A DNA stretch of 64,000 bases from Alistipes sp. Its GTDB lineage: Bacteria; Bacteroidota; Bacteroidia; Bacteroidales; Rikenellaceae. The stretch is taken from assembly GCA_017437045.1 (NCBI GenBank), contig JAFSBY010000042.1, positions 1,643 through 65,642 on the forward strand. The letters run 5' to 3'. The notes under the pieces were generated by a model, which was not told the DNA's origin, made no database searches, and saw only the letters and a program-made list of their open reading frames with translations. Positions 27,151-37,577 of the stretch are shown one piece after another. The position numbers and the translations under genes are program-made. How positions within the stretch are numbered: position 1 is the first letter of the stretch; every line of letters starts with the position of its first letter.

Positions 27151-29316
27151 ATGAAACGAATCATACTCCTGCTCGCCGTAGTGTGGGCAACTATGGGGTG
27201 GGCTATGGCGGCCAAGCCGACGGATGTCCCCTCTTATGCGCTTGTAAATAAGGTTTTTACGGATGTAGAGGCGCATCCGCAATGGAATCAACAGACGGGC
27301 GAGGCGCTGACGACCGTAGCCTACTACACGCTCCGCTATGATGACGAGGCCCTGTGGCAGCGTGCCCTGCAGCTGGCCGCTTCGCTCATCAGCGAGAAGG
27401 GACAGATCGCCGGTTTGGAGCAGGGTTCGGATCGCGATCGTTATGCAGCAGCCCCCTTCCTCTTTGCCGCCTATGAGCGGACGGGCGAGAAACGCTATCG
27501 GCGCGCCATTGAGACGCTCTACACCTACTATGAATCGCATGCGGCTGAGGCCGACTATCTGGCTGTCAGCCCCTTCTTAGCTCAATATGCACGCCGTTAC
27601 GGCAAACGTAAGACGGGCGATGTGCGCGCGGTGACCTTCCGCACGGTCGCGGCGGAGGTGGGTCGCATGCTCGATGCTGCGGATCCGACATTGCGCACCG
27701 AGGCATTGGCCGTAGCGGTCGATCTGCTGGATTTTCTGCCGGCTAAAGAGGCGGATGCTCGGGCGTTGCGGAGCAAGGTGGTGGCGCTGTTGCCGGCAAC
27801 CGATACGGCCGAGGGGCTTTATGCCTCGCTGAAGGCGTTGCGTACGAACCTGATCAAAGGGGCGGAGTTGCGCAAACAACTCTTTGCCGAGGCCGAGCAG
27901 CGGCTCGTGCAGCAGCCGATGGAGGGCAATGTGGTCCGCATCGCAGGTGCTACGGTCGAGTGGGAGGCCTTGACCAACCGCGATCGCATCGTGGGGGACG
28001 ATCCTACGCGCCTGCTGGCCTTTCCGGGTGCCGAGGGTGGCGGCCGCTATACGACCGGAGGCCGTGGTGGTAAGGTGCTGACGGTGACAAAACTGACGGA
28101 CGATGGCTCGGAAGGGACGCTTCGCTGGGCCCTGAGCCAGAAATACCCCCGCACGGTGGTCTTTGCCGTGGCGGGCAATATCGAATTGCAGCGGCCGCTG
28201 AAGATCAATACGGGCGATCTGACCATTGCCGGACAATCGGCCCCCGGAGCGGGTGTGACGATCTGCAATTACAGCGTCGATATCAGTGCCGACAACATCA
28301 TTATCCGCTATATGCGTTTCCGCATGGGTGATCGTGGCCGCGAACAGGCCGACGCCTTGAGTGGGACGGGCAATCGGGGCATGATCATCGACCATTGCTC
28401 GATGTCGTGGTCCACGGACGAGTGTGCCTCGTTCTATGCCAACCGCGATTTTACGATGCAGTGGTGTCTGCTGGCGGAGAGCCTCACCCGCTCGGTGCAC
28501 GCCAAGGGCAACCACGGCTATGGCGGCATCTGGGGTGGACGCAATGCCACCTACCACCACAATCTGCTGGCGCACCATACGAGCCGCAATCCGCGTCTGG
28601 ATCATCCGGTGATCTACCGTGATACGCGCCGACTGAATCGTCGCGGTACGGTCGAGGTGGTCAATAACGTGATCTACAACTGGGGCTTCAAGGCCACCTA
28701 TGGCGGTGAAGAGGGGTGGTGGAATCTGATTGGCAACTATTACAAGGCCGGTCCGAGCACGAAACATCCGGAGGAGATCATCGAGATTTGGGATAATCGG
28801 GATACGCGCCACACGGTGGGCAGCTACTACTTAGCCGGGAATCAGTTGGCCGGCAATAAGGCTGTGACAAAACAGAATTGGCTGGGTGTAGAGATCGAGC
28901 AAAACCGTACGCGCGAGGAGGTGGATCATCAGATACCCTTCCGGATGCCGACGGGCAACTATACGGCACAAAAGGCTGAGGCCGCCTATCGGGATGTGTT
29001 GGCAGAGGTGGGTGCGTCGCTTTGCCGCGATGCGATCGATCAGCGCATTGTGGAGGAGGTGCGTCGGGGTACGACCACCTACCATGGCTCGAAGAGCGGT
29101 GCGGCTGGCCACATCGACTCGCAGGAGGATGTGGGCGGATGGCCCCTCTTGACAGGTGGAGAGCCGCAGCCCGATAGCGATGGCGACGGCATGCCCGACA
29201 GCTGGGAGACCGAACGCGGATTAGACCCGCACAACGAGGCCGATGGCGCACAGACGACGCTCGATGGCCGCTATACGAATGTCGAGGTCTATCTGAACGG
29301 TTTGCTGAAACGATAA
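27151..29316 (+). CDS. Secreted PL1-type pectate lyase with N-terminal degenerate GH105-like domain
   Basis: Signal peptide; C-terminal part LAFPGAEGGG..GGRGG, NIIIRYMRFRMGD, IIDHCSMSWSTDE, HHNLLAHH.SRNPR, NNVIYNW, DSDGDGMPD. The N-terminal part resembles a GH105 alpha/alpha barrel. Confidence 0.85.
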   Translation: MKRIILLLAVVWATMGWAMAAKPTDVPSYALVNKVFTDVEAHPQWNQQTGEALTTVAYYTLRYDDEALWQRALQLAASLISEKGQIAGLEQGSDRDRYAAAPFLFAAYERTGEKRYRRAIETLYTYYESHAAEADYLAVSPFLAQYARRYGKRKTGDVRAVTFRTVAAEVGRMLDAADPTLRTEALAVAVDLLDFLPAKEADARALRSKVVALLPATDTAEGLYASLKALRTNLIKGAELRKQLFAEAEQRLVQQPMEGNVVRIAGATVEWEALTNRDRIVGDDPTRLLAFPGAEGGGRYTTGGRGGKVLTVTKLTDDGSEGTLRWALSQKYPRTVVFAVAGNIELQRPLKINTGDLTIAGQSAPGAGVTICNYSVDISADNIIIRYMRFRMGDRGREQADALSGTGNRGMIIDHCSMSWSTDECASFYANRDFTMQWCLLAESLTRSVHAKGNHGYGGIWGGRNATYHHNLLAHHTSRNPRLDHPVIYRDTRRLNRRGTVEVVNNVIYNWGFKATYGGEEGWWNLIGNYYKAGPSTKHPEEIIEIWDNRDTRHTVGSYYLAGNQLAGNKAVTKQNWLGVEIEQNRTREEVDHQIPFRMPTGNYTAQKAEAAYRDVLAEVGASLCRDAIDQRIVEEVRRGTTTYHGSKSGAAGHIDSQEDVGGWPLLTGGEPQPDSDGDGMPDSWETERGLDPHNEADGAQTTLDGRYTNVEVYLNGLLKR

Positions 29317-29357
29317 ATGACAATAAACCAAATATTTACTAATCAAAACCTAACATT

Positions 29358-32300
29358 ATGACAGAGAAAATTTCCAATTGGACCTCGCGGGTAGTGCGTT
29401 GTGCATTGCTTGCAGTGGTCGCTCTGGTGATGGCTTCCGGTGACCTTTTTGCGCAGAGCAAGACGGTGAAGGGTGTTGTCACGGATGCATCGGGGCAGCC
29501 TGTGATTGCTGCCACGGTTGCGGTGAAGGGTACTACCACGGGCGTCACGACTGACGTGCAGGGTAAGTATTCGATTATGCTTCCGGCCGAGGCCGAGGAG
29601 CTGATCTTTTCGTATGTGGGCATGAAGAGCCAGACGGTGAAGGTGGGCACGCGCACGGTGGTCGATATCACCCTGCAGGAGGATGCCCAGTCGCTCGATG
29701 AGGTGGTGGTCGTAGGTTATGCGGCTGTGCGTCGTCGTGACCTTGTCGGCTCGGTCTCGTCGGTCGATAACGAGGCCCTGACGCAGATGCCCGTAACGTC
29801 GGTCGGTGAGGCTCTGACGGGTCGCATGGCCGGTGTGTCGGTGACGACGACCGAGGGTGACCCCGATGCCGAGATCAAGATCCGTGTACGTGGTGCCGGT
29901 TCGCTGACGCAGGACAGCTCGCCGCTCTACATCGTCGATGGTTTCCCGGTGGAGAGCATCTCGGATATTCCGGCTTCGGATATCGAGTCGATCGACGTGC
30001 TGAAGGATGCCTTCTCGACGGCTATCTATGGTTCGCGCGGTGCCAACGGCGTTGTGATCGTGACGACGAAGAGTGGTGAAAAGGGTCGTGTACGCGTGAA
30101 TTACAACCTCTACTGGGGTTTCAAGGAGATGGCCAACCAGGATGGTGTGAAGGCGATGGACCCGAGCCAATTTACGAAGTATCAGTATGAGTTGGCGGCC
30201 ATTCAGGATAAGGTGAGCGAGAATTACGAGCCTTACTTCGGTGCCTTCCAGGATATCGACCTCTACGAAAATGTAGCCGGTAACGATTGGGTCGATCAGC
30301 TCTTTGGTCGCACGGGTGAGCAGTTCAGCCACAATCTGAGCATCTCGGGTGGTGGTGATAAGTATAAGTGGACGGCCAGCTATTCGCGTCTGGACGACAA
30401 GGCGATCATGATCGGTTCGGACTATCAGCGCGATAACCTCAATTTCAAGGCCCAATTCAAGCCCAATAAGCGTATTTCGTTCGATGTTTCGGCACGTTAC
30501 TCGGATATGGAGGTGCGCGGCTCGGGTGCCAACTCGCTCAACGATAAGGGCTCCTCGACGACGGGTCGTCTGAAGAACGCCATCCTCTACATGCCGATTC
30601 CGGTCAAGGGTGTGGTCGAGGGCGACGACCTGGAGGAGAACTTCACCGACTGGGTACGCCCCGATGTGGCTGTTTATGATAACGATAAGTATCGTGAGCG
30701 TAAGAATTGGAACGTGAATGCCGGCTTCTCGTGGGAGATTGTCGATGACCTGAAGCTCAAGGTGGAGATGGGTCTGGACAACTACCGCCAGACGACCTAT
30801 TCGTACTACGGTCTGACGTCGTACTACGCACGTACCAACTCGTCGGTCTTCGCCGAGGATGGTTCGGCCATGCCGTCGGCCTTCATGAACGATGTGGATC
30901 GTGAGCGCGTGCGCAATACCAACACCCTCTCGTACGACTTCAAGAAGCTGATCGGCAACGACGACCACAAACTCTCGTTGCTGCTCGGTGAGGAGTATAT
31001 CATCACCAAGTCGAGCACGCTCAATACGACGGTCGATGGTCTGCCGACCTTCTTCGATGCCGATAAGGCGTGGAAGTTCATGGGTTCGGGTACCCCCTCG
31101 TCGGTGAGCAAGTTCTACAATCCGGACGATAAGCTCTTCTCGTTCTTCGGTCGTTTGAATTATGAGTTTAAGGGCAAATACCTGGTGTCGGCTACGATGC
31201 GTGCCGATGGTTCGTCGAAGTTCTCGAAGGGCAACGAGTGGGGTTACTTCCCCTCGGCCGCTGTGGCTTGGCGTCTCTCGGGTGAGAATTGGCTCAAGGA
31301 TGTTAGCTGGCTCGACAACCTGAAGATCCGTTACAGCTTCGGTACGGCGGGTAACAACAACATTCCGGCCGGTTTCATCAACCAGGAGTATCAGGCCTAC
31401 ACGTCGGAGCACATCTACGGCACGGATGGCTATTGGAGCACCGTATCGAATGGTGGTAAGCTGGTGATGGCCAACAAGGATCTGCAGTGGGAGACGACCG
31501 TTTCGCACAACTTGGGTCTCGATTTCGGCTTCTTCGGTAACCGCATCAACGGTTCGGTCGATCTGTATCGCAATACGACCAAGGACCTGCTGATCGCCTT
31601 CCCGACGGCCGGTAGTGGTTACGATTTGCAGTATCGCAATGCCGGTGAGATTCGCAACTCGGGTGTCGAGATCGCCCTCAATGCTGCGATCGTGCAGAAG
31701 GAGAAGTGGGGTATCAACTTCTCGGGTAACATCGCCTTCAACAAGAACGAGGTGGTCGATCTGGCACAGCTCAATGCCGAGGGTATCGTGACCGCTTCGG
31801 GCTGGCATAGCTCGATTACCGACGACTTCAAGGTGGTGACCGGTGGTGCGCTGGGTGATGTCTATGGTTACACGACGCTGGGTCGCTATGAGGTGGCCGA
31901 CTTCGATCTGGACTACTATGCCGAGACGGGCAAGTGGAAGGTGCTGGAGGGCGTAGTGGACGGCTCGTCGGTGGTGGGTGACTGCCGCCCGGGTTCGCTC
32001 AAGCTGGCCGACTTCGACGGCGATGGTAAACCCGACAAGCAGGTGATTGGCAACGTGCAGCCCGACTTTACGGGTGGTTTCTCGCTCTCGGGCTATTTCT
32101 ATGGCTTCGACGTAGCGGCCAACTTCACCTATTCGGTGGGTAACAAGGTCTACAATGCCAACCGCATCGAGTTCTCGGCTTCGCACAAATATACGGGTGC
32201 CGGTTCGATCCGCAACCTCTCGGAGGAGATGGCGCTGGGTAACCGCTGGACCCACATCGACTGGACGACGGGTGCTGTGATTACCGATCCCGATCAGTTG

Positions 32301-32624
32301 GCTGCTGCCAATGCCGAGACGACGCTCTGGTCGCCCTACGTGACCAAGACCTTCGTCTACGATTGGGCCCTGGAGGATGCTTCGTTCCTGCGTTTGAGCT
32401 CGCTGACGGTGGGTTACACGCTACCGCAGTCGCTCACGCGTAAGATTCGTCTCGACAAGGTGCGCTTCTATGCTACGGGCACGAACCTGTTCTGCTGGAC
32501 CGACTATTCGGGCTACGATCCCGAGGTCGATACGCGCCGTGCGACCCCGCTGACCCCCAATGTGGACTATTCGGCCTATCCGAAGAGCCGCTCGTGGGTA
32601 TTCGGTATCAACCTCAGCTTCTAA
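29358..32624 (+). CDS. SusC/RagA TonB-dependent receptor
   Basis: LDEVVVVGY, DLVGSVSSV, PLYIVDG, IDVLKDA.STAIYGSRGANGVVIVTTK, C-terminal YPKSRSWVFGINLSF. Confidence 0.97.
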   Translation: MTEKISNWTSRVVRCALLAVVALVMASGDLFAQSKTVKGVVTDASGQPVIAATVAVKGTTTGVTTDVQGKYSIMLPAEAEELIFSYVGMKSQTVKVGTRTVVDITLQEDAQSLDEVVVVGYAAVRRRDLVGSVSSVDNEALTQMPVTSVGEALTGRMAGVSVTTTEGDPDAEIKIRVRGAGSLTQDSSPLYIVDGFPVESISDIPASDIESIDVLKDAFSTAIYGSRGANGVVIVTTKSGEKGRVRVNYNLYWGFKEMANQDGVKAMDPSQFTKYQYELAAIQDKVSENYEPYFGAFQDIDLYENVAGNDWVDQLFGRTGEQFSHNLSISGGGDKYKWTASYSRLDDKAIMIGSDYQRDNLNFKAQFKPNKRISFDVSARYSDMEVRGSGANSLNDKGSSTTGRLKNAILYMPIPVKGVVEGDDLEENFTDWVRPDVAVYDNDKYRERKNWNVNAGFSWEIVDDLKLKVEMGLDNYRQTTYSYYGLTSYYARTNSSVFAEDGSAMPSAFMNDVDRERVRNTNTLSYDFKKLIGNDDHKLSLLLGEEYIITKSSTLNTTVDGLPTFFDADKAWKFMGSGTPSSVSKFYNPDDKLFSFFGRLNYEFKGKYLVSATMRADGSSKFSKGNEWGYFPSAAVAWRLSGENWLKDVSWLDNLKIRYSFGTAGNNNIPAGFINQEYQAYTSEHIYGTDGYWSTVSNGGKLVMANKDLQWETTVSHNLGLDFGFFGNRINGSVDLYRNTTKDLLIAFPTAGSGYDLQYRNAGEIRNSGVEIALNAAIVQKEKWGINFSGNIAFNKNEVVDLAQLNAEGIVTASGWHSSITDDFKVVTGGALGDVYGYTTLGRYEVADFDLDYYAETGKWKVLEGVVDGSSVVGDCRPGSLKLADFDGDGKPDKQVIGNVQPDFTGGFSLSGYFYGFDVAANFTYSVGNKVYNANRIEFSASHKYTGAGSIRNLSEEMALGNRWTHIDWTTGAVITDPDQLAAANAETTLWSPYVTKTFVYDWALEDASFLRLSSLTVGYTLPQSLTRKIRLDKVRFYATGTNLFCWTDYSGYDPEVDTRRATPLTPNVDYSAYPKSRSWVFGINLSF

Positions 32625-32654
32625 TTTGACTACACTAAAAACGAAGACAAGAAT

Positions 32655-34562
32655 ATGAAAAAGATAGTTTATATGTTGGCCTCTGCAGCGTTGCTCTGCA
32701 GCTCGGTTTCGTGTAGCGATATGGTGGAGTCGGAGTCGAAGTCGTCGTTTGACGCCTCGGTGGTCTTTGCCTATCCCACGCTGGCCGAGGAGAATATCAT
32801 GTCGATCTATCAGATCTTCGGCCAAAACAATGCCTATCGTAACCGTCACCACCTCTGGTATGGTTACAATACCGATATCGAGTGGTACAACAGTGCCAAG
32901 GAGGGCGATGCCAAGACGACGGTGATCGCCTACGACCCGCAGGTCAATGAGACGGGTGTACCCCTCGATGCTGCGAATGGTGTCTACACCTATATGTATA
33001 CGGCTGTCGAGCGTTGCAACCTCTGCATCGACGGTATCCGCCGCTATGGTAACCCTGAGCAGAATCCCGAAATGGCCTATCTGCTGGGTGAGGCCCTGAC
33101 GCTGCGTGCGATGTTCTATTTCGATCTGATCAAGACGTGGGGCGATGTGCCGGCACGCTTTGAGCCGATCAACTCGGCGACGATCTATGTTGCCAAGACC
33201 GACCGCGATGTGATCTACGAGCAGCTGATTGCCGATCTGCAGGAGGCTTGCGAGTATCTCTATTGGCCGGGTGAGACCGCCGCAACGAGCTTCTCGACCC
33301 GTATGAACAAGGCCTTTGCAAAGGGTCTGTTGGCCCGCATCTGTATGCAGGCTGCCGGTTATGCTCAGCGTCCCGACGATGGTCAGGTGGGTACGGGCAA
33401 TATCGGTTCGGTGCGTCGCTCGACCCGCGTGGTGAGTGGCGATTGGAGCGGTGATTATCTGTATGATATCGCCCTGAAGGCTTGCCAGGATGTGATTGCC
33501 CAGGAGGGTAAGAGCGTGGCGCTGGCTCCTACGTTCGAGAAACTGTGGCGCGATATGATGGGCTACGAGAACGTGGCAGCTGGTGAGGAGGTGCTCTTTG
33601 CCGTACCGTTTGGTCATGAGACGCGTCGTGGTCAGTGGTGCTCGCAGTATGCTGTACGCCATGAGGGTGCCGATCAGTATGTAGGTAAGGGTATGGGTGG
33701 CTCGGTGGGCCCCGTGCCGACGATGTACTATGAGTATGGCGCGGGTGATACGCGTGCCATGAGCTGCGTGAACTTCCTTTGGGGTAAGCCCGTGTCGAAG
33801 GTCTCGACCCCCGCACCGGCCAACTTCAATAAGTGGTATTTTGGTAAATTCCGCTACGAGTGGATCCCCAATGGTCAGACGATTGGCTCGGCCAACAACG
33901 ATGACGGTGTGAAACCGATCGTGATGCGCTATGCCGACGTGCTGCTGCTGGCTGCCGAGGCTGCCAACGAGATGGATCAGTTGGGTGTAGCCAAGGAGTA
34001 TCTGCGCAAGGTGCGTATGCGTGCTTATGCAGGTGACGCAGCTGCCGTAGAGGATTTCTTGAGCACGATTACGAACAAGGAGCAGATGTTCCAGGCTCTC
34101 TTCACGGAGCGCGCCTTGGAGTTCTGTGGTGAGATGATCCGCAAGCAGGATCTGATCCGCTGGGGCTTGCTCGGCGATGCGTTGGATGAGGCCAAGGAGA
34201 AGATGAAGCAGATCCGTATGCAGGGTAGCTATACCTCGGCTATCACGGGTAAGACCTATGACTACTCGCAGGTAGGTCCCTACCTCTACTACAAGCTCAA
34301 TGGTGAGCAGATCGAGATGCAGATGAGCTCGACGGATGCCGATCAGACGTTGCTCGGTGCCGGCTGGACGCAGTGGTACGAGGAGGAGGCCGGTGAGTCG
34401 GGTGCCAAGGAGAAGAAGTATGAGTATGTGAAGGAGTCGAAACTCAACGACGAGAAGATCGAACTGATCTATCTGCGCGACCCCGACACGCGCCAATATT
34501 GGCCCATCTTCTCGGCTTCGATTGCCAGCAACTATATGCTTGTCAATGACTACGGATATTAA
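32655..34562 (+). CDS. SusD/RagB lipoprotein
   Basis: Lipoprotein Cys (SVSC), GEALTLRAMFYFDLIKTWGDVP, MRYADVLLLAAEA, ERALEFCGEMIRKQDLIRWG. Confidence 0.95.
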   Translation: MKKIVYMLASAALLCSSVSCSDMVESESKSSFDASVVFAYPTLAEENIMSIYQIFGQNNAYRNRHHLWYGYNTDIEWYNSAKEGDAKTTVIAYDPQVNETGVPLDAANGVYTYMYTAVERCNLCIDGIRRYGNPEQNPEMAYLLGEALTLRAMFYFDLIKTWGDVPARFEPINSATIYVAKTDRDVIYEQLIADLQEACEYLYWPGETAATSFSTRMNKAFAKGLLARICMQAAGYAQRPDDGQVGTGNIGSVRRSTRVVSGDWSGDYLYDIALKACQDVIAQEGKSVALAPTFEKLWRDMMGYENVAAGEEVLFAVPFGHETRRGQWCSQYAVRHEGADQYVGKGMGGSVGPVPTMYYEYGAGDTRAMSCVNFLWGKPVSKVSTPAPANFNKWYFGKFRYEWIPNGQTIGSANNDDGVKPIVMRYADVLLLAAEAANEMDQLGVAKEYLRKVRMRAYAGDAAAVEDFLSTITNKEQMFQALFTERALEFCGEMIRKQDLIRWGLLGDALDEAKEKMKQIRMQGSYTSAITGKTYDYSQVGPYLYYKLNGEQIEMQMSSTDADQTLLGAGWTQWYEEEAGESGAKEKKYEYVKESKLNDEKIELIYLRDPDTRQYWPIFSASIASNYMLVNDYGY

Positions 34563-34598
34563 CAGATAACCCACTTTTTTTTTAGAAAACACATTTTT

Positions 34599-37559
34599 AT
34601 GAAAACGATATTCAAAAAATGGTTCGTCGGTATGCTGGCTGCCGTAGCTACTCTGGCAGGCGGTTGTTCCGACCCCGACGGCATCGTCGAGGAGCTGGAC
34701 GTCGATCGTGTCTTCTCGCCGCTGAATTTCGAGGTGCTGTTGGAGAACAATGTCAATGCCACCTTCTCGTGGACGGTGAGCAGCGGCATCGAGGCCTATC
34801 AACTCGATCTGCAGTATGAGAATGGCTCTAGCTACCACGCTGCTACGATTCCGGTTCTCTCGGACCAGACTACGCTGACGTATGCCATGCCCGAGCTGCC
34901 CGGTAAGACCAAGTTTGTGGCCAATCTCTATGCCTTGAGCCCCGATCCGAATGTGGATAACTCGAAGCCGGCACAGTGCATCTTCGAGACGGGTGTCGAG
35001 CAGCTCTTCTTGAACGACGGTGTGATTCCCGATGCCGATATTACGGCTACGACGGCTGTGCTGCGCTGGTTGGCCGGCTCGAACGTCACCCACCTGGAGG
35101 TGGACAACGGTATCGGTGCCATCCAGCTCGACGAGACGGCCAAGGCCGAGGGTATCTATACGCTGACGGGTCTTACGACCGGCACGTTCTACACCGTAAA
35201 CCTCTGCCGCGATACGGCTGTTCGTGGTACAACGAGCTTCACGGCCAGCGATAAGCAGTCGATTGCACTCCTCGAGAAGGGTGCCAATGAGCTGACGATC
35301 GGTTGGTCCGAGACGGCTGCTGTGGATGAGGTACGTATCTCGCCGGCTGTTGAGGCAGGTGAGTCCTTCAAACTCACGAGCGAGGAGCAGGCTGCCCATG
35401 CCTATACGGTCAAGGGGTTGAAGTCGCTCACCGAGTACACCGTGACGATCTATATCGCCGGCGTGGAGAGTGGCTCGATTACTGCCCAGACGCTGGGTAA
35501 GACTACCAAGTGGGATTTCACGACCTGGGAGGTGCAAGACTTTACTGCGCCGACGACCATCGACGGTCTGTTGATCAATGCCAATGCGGCCGTTGAGAGT
35601 GGTAAGGAGATGTATATCTCGGCCGATGCCGATCTGGGGTGCAACTACCTCGATCTGAAGGGTAAATCGTCGAATGTCGGCAAGGCCGGTCAGGCTCCGA
35701 CCGACCGTACGGTGATGTTCTCGGTCGATGGCGAAGGTGTCATCTCGATCGACTGCTACGCCAATGGTGCCGGCCGTCACTTCGCCGTTTATGTGGAGTC
35801 GCTGGGTACCGATACCGAGAAGTTTGAGGCTCCGGTGAAGGCAAACCGTGGTAAGGTTTATATCCCCGTCACAGGCTTCACGGGTGCGACGAACCTCTAT
35901 ATCTGGACCGATGCTACAATCAACCACGTCTACTCGATCGAGTGGACCGAGGGTCCGGAGGCTCAGGGTCAGTTTGCCCAGGCCTTGGCTACGCCCGTTG
36001 TGACGGTGACGCCGACCGATGCAACGATCGGTGACGAAACGGCCTTGACGATCGCTTGGGAGGCGGTTGAGAATGCTGCAAGCTATACGTGGGCTCTGAA
36101 GGGCGCAACCGATGCCGAGGGTAACCCGATCGGTGGCACGACGACCGAGCTGAAGGCCGAGGTGGCCGCTTCGGTGGTGGCTGCGTTGGCTCCGGGTACC
36201 TATACGGCCAACGTGGTGGCTGTGCCCGCCTCGACCTACCTTTATAAGAACTCGGTAGCCGGTACGGCCGACTTTACGGTCAGCGACCTCGTTTTGTCGG
36301 CTCCGACCGTGAAACTCGATCCCGCGAAGGTTGAGCAGGGTACCGAGCAGGCTGTTGTTGCTTCGTGGGAGGCTGTGAAGAATGCTGCAACCTACAAGGT
36401 TTCGTTCAACGGCGCTCCTGCTGTTGAGCAGGCCGAGCTAACCTATACGATCGACGCTGCTACGGTGGCTGCCTTGGCTGTTGGCCAATACACCCTTTCG
36501 GTGGTAGCTGTTCCGGCCGTTGAGGATACCGAGCGTCAGGAGTCGGCTGCCGGTGAGGCCAAGCTGACCATCGAGGAGCCGGCCGCTCCGCCGACGCCGG
36601 GTAATGTGACCCTCACCTGGGACTTTACCGATGCCAGCTTCGATGCTATAGCCGCAACGATTGGTACAGATAATTCATTCACCTCAAGCGTTGAGTGGAA
36701 CGGTCTGACCATCGATGGTGGAGGTAAGTCGATGAAAATGAATGGTAGCGGTAGTGGTCGTGGTGTGCAGCCAGGTGGTGCAGGCAGTGAGACAGAGCGT
36801 TACTTTGCCTTTACGGCTCCTGCCGGTGGTACGTTGACAGTCACGAGCTCGAACACGGGTAGTTCGGCGGATGATACACGCATGGTAACCGTCAGCCTGG
36901 ATGGCGCTGTAGTGGCCAGCCAGCCCAGTGGTAGCCCGACGAGTGCTCCCACTGTCACCACATTCGACATCAGTGCAGCCGGTCAGGTCAAGATTTATCC
37001 TACGGGTAACGCCCTGCGTTTCTATAAGATAGAGTTTGCCTCTGTTTCAGCCGTAGAGCCCGAGCCGGAACCTAAGACCCTTGTGCTCAATATGGCCGAT
37101 CTGCATGCTGCCGGTACGACGGGTATGCCCTCAGGATCTGATGCTACGGTTGCATTAGGTGAGAATTGGAGTTCGTGGAGCTGGGAGTCGATCAACTTTG
37201 AGTCGCGTTGTGCCCTCACCACGTCGGGCGATGCAGCTGGCACAAAGGTGCCGGTCTTCTACCTCTACAAGATTAGCAAGGTGGCTGCCGGTACATTCGT
37301 GCGCAACACCACGCCGCTGGGTGAGATCAAGACGGTGACCGTAACGCTTATCGACAATGGTGCCAAGAAGGGTAGCTACTTCACGATGACGGAGAGTGTA
37401 GCCGGTGTGAAGCAGACCGTTCTTTCATCCAACGACAATGCAGCCAACGTAGAACACGTCTACACCTTTAGCGCGGGTAACGATGGTACGTTCGAGTTTG
37501 CCAATCCGTCGGATCAGGATTGTAAGGTGATATCTATTGTGATCGACTACGTACAGTAA
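34599..37559 (+). CDS. Large surface lipoprotein, putative glycan-binding protein (FN3-like repeats, multiple beta-sandwich modules)
   Basis: Lipobox LAGGC, position after susD, FN3-like ..WEAV.NAA.Y repeats, Pro-rich linkers. Confidence 0.8.
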   Translation: MKTIFKKWFVGMLAAVATLAGGCSDPDGIVEELDVDRVFSPLNFEVLLENNVNATFSWTVSSGIEAYQLDLQYENGSSYHAATIPVLSDQTTLTYAMPELPGKTKFVANLYALSPDPNVDNSKPAQCIFETGVEQLFLNDGVIPDADITATTAVLRWLAGSNVTHLEVDNGIGAIQLDETAKAEGIYTLTGLTTGTFYTVNLCRDTAVRGTTSFTASDKQSIALLEKGANELTIGWSETAAVDEVRISPAVEAGESFKLTSEEQAAHAYTVKGLKSLTEYTVTIYIAGVESGSITAQTLGKTTKWDFTTWEVQDFTAPTTIDGLLINANAAVESGKEMYISADADLGCNYLDLKGKSSNVGKAGQAPTDRTVMFSVDGEGVISIDCYANGAGRHFAVYVESLGTDTEKFEAPVKANRGKVYIPVTGFTGATNLYIWTDATINHVYSIEWTEGPEAQGQFAQALATPVVTVTPTDATIGDETALTIAWEAVENAASYTWALKGATDAEGNPIGGTTTELKAEVAASVVAALAPGTYTANVVAVPASTYLYKNSVAGTADFTVSDLVLSAPTVKLDPAKVEQGTEQAVVASWEAVKNAATYKVSFNGAPAVEQAELTYTIDAATVAALAVGQYTLSVVAVPAVEDTERQESAAGEAKLTIEEPAAPPTPGNVTLTWDFTDASFDAIAATIGTDNSFTSSVEWNGLTIDGGGKSMKMNGSGSGRGVQPGGAGSETERYFAFTAPAGGTLTVTSSNTGSSADDTRMVTVSLDGAVVASQPSGSPTSAPTVTTFDISAAGQVKIYPTGNALRFYKIEFASVSAVEPEPEPKTLVLNMADLHAAGTTGMPSGSDATVALGENWSSWSWESINFESRCALTTSGDAAGTKVPVFYLYKISKVAAGTFVRNTTPLGEIKTVTVTLIDNGAKKGSYFTMTESVAGVKQTVLSSNDNAANVEHVYTFSAGNDGTFEFANPSDQDCKVISIVIDYVQ

Positions 37560-37577
37560 AATGAATCTAAAAAGGTA

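Noticed and set aside
29343-35927. Very long antisense ORFs (970 aa, 1168 aa) opposite susC/susD, and similar shadows opposite ftsH, ahcY, thyA and others
   Set aside because: In-register antisense frames stay open because the sense genes avoid TTA, CTA and TCA codons; the translations have no recognisable motifs.
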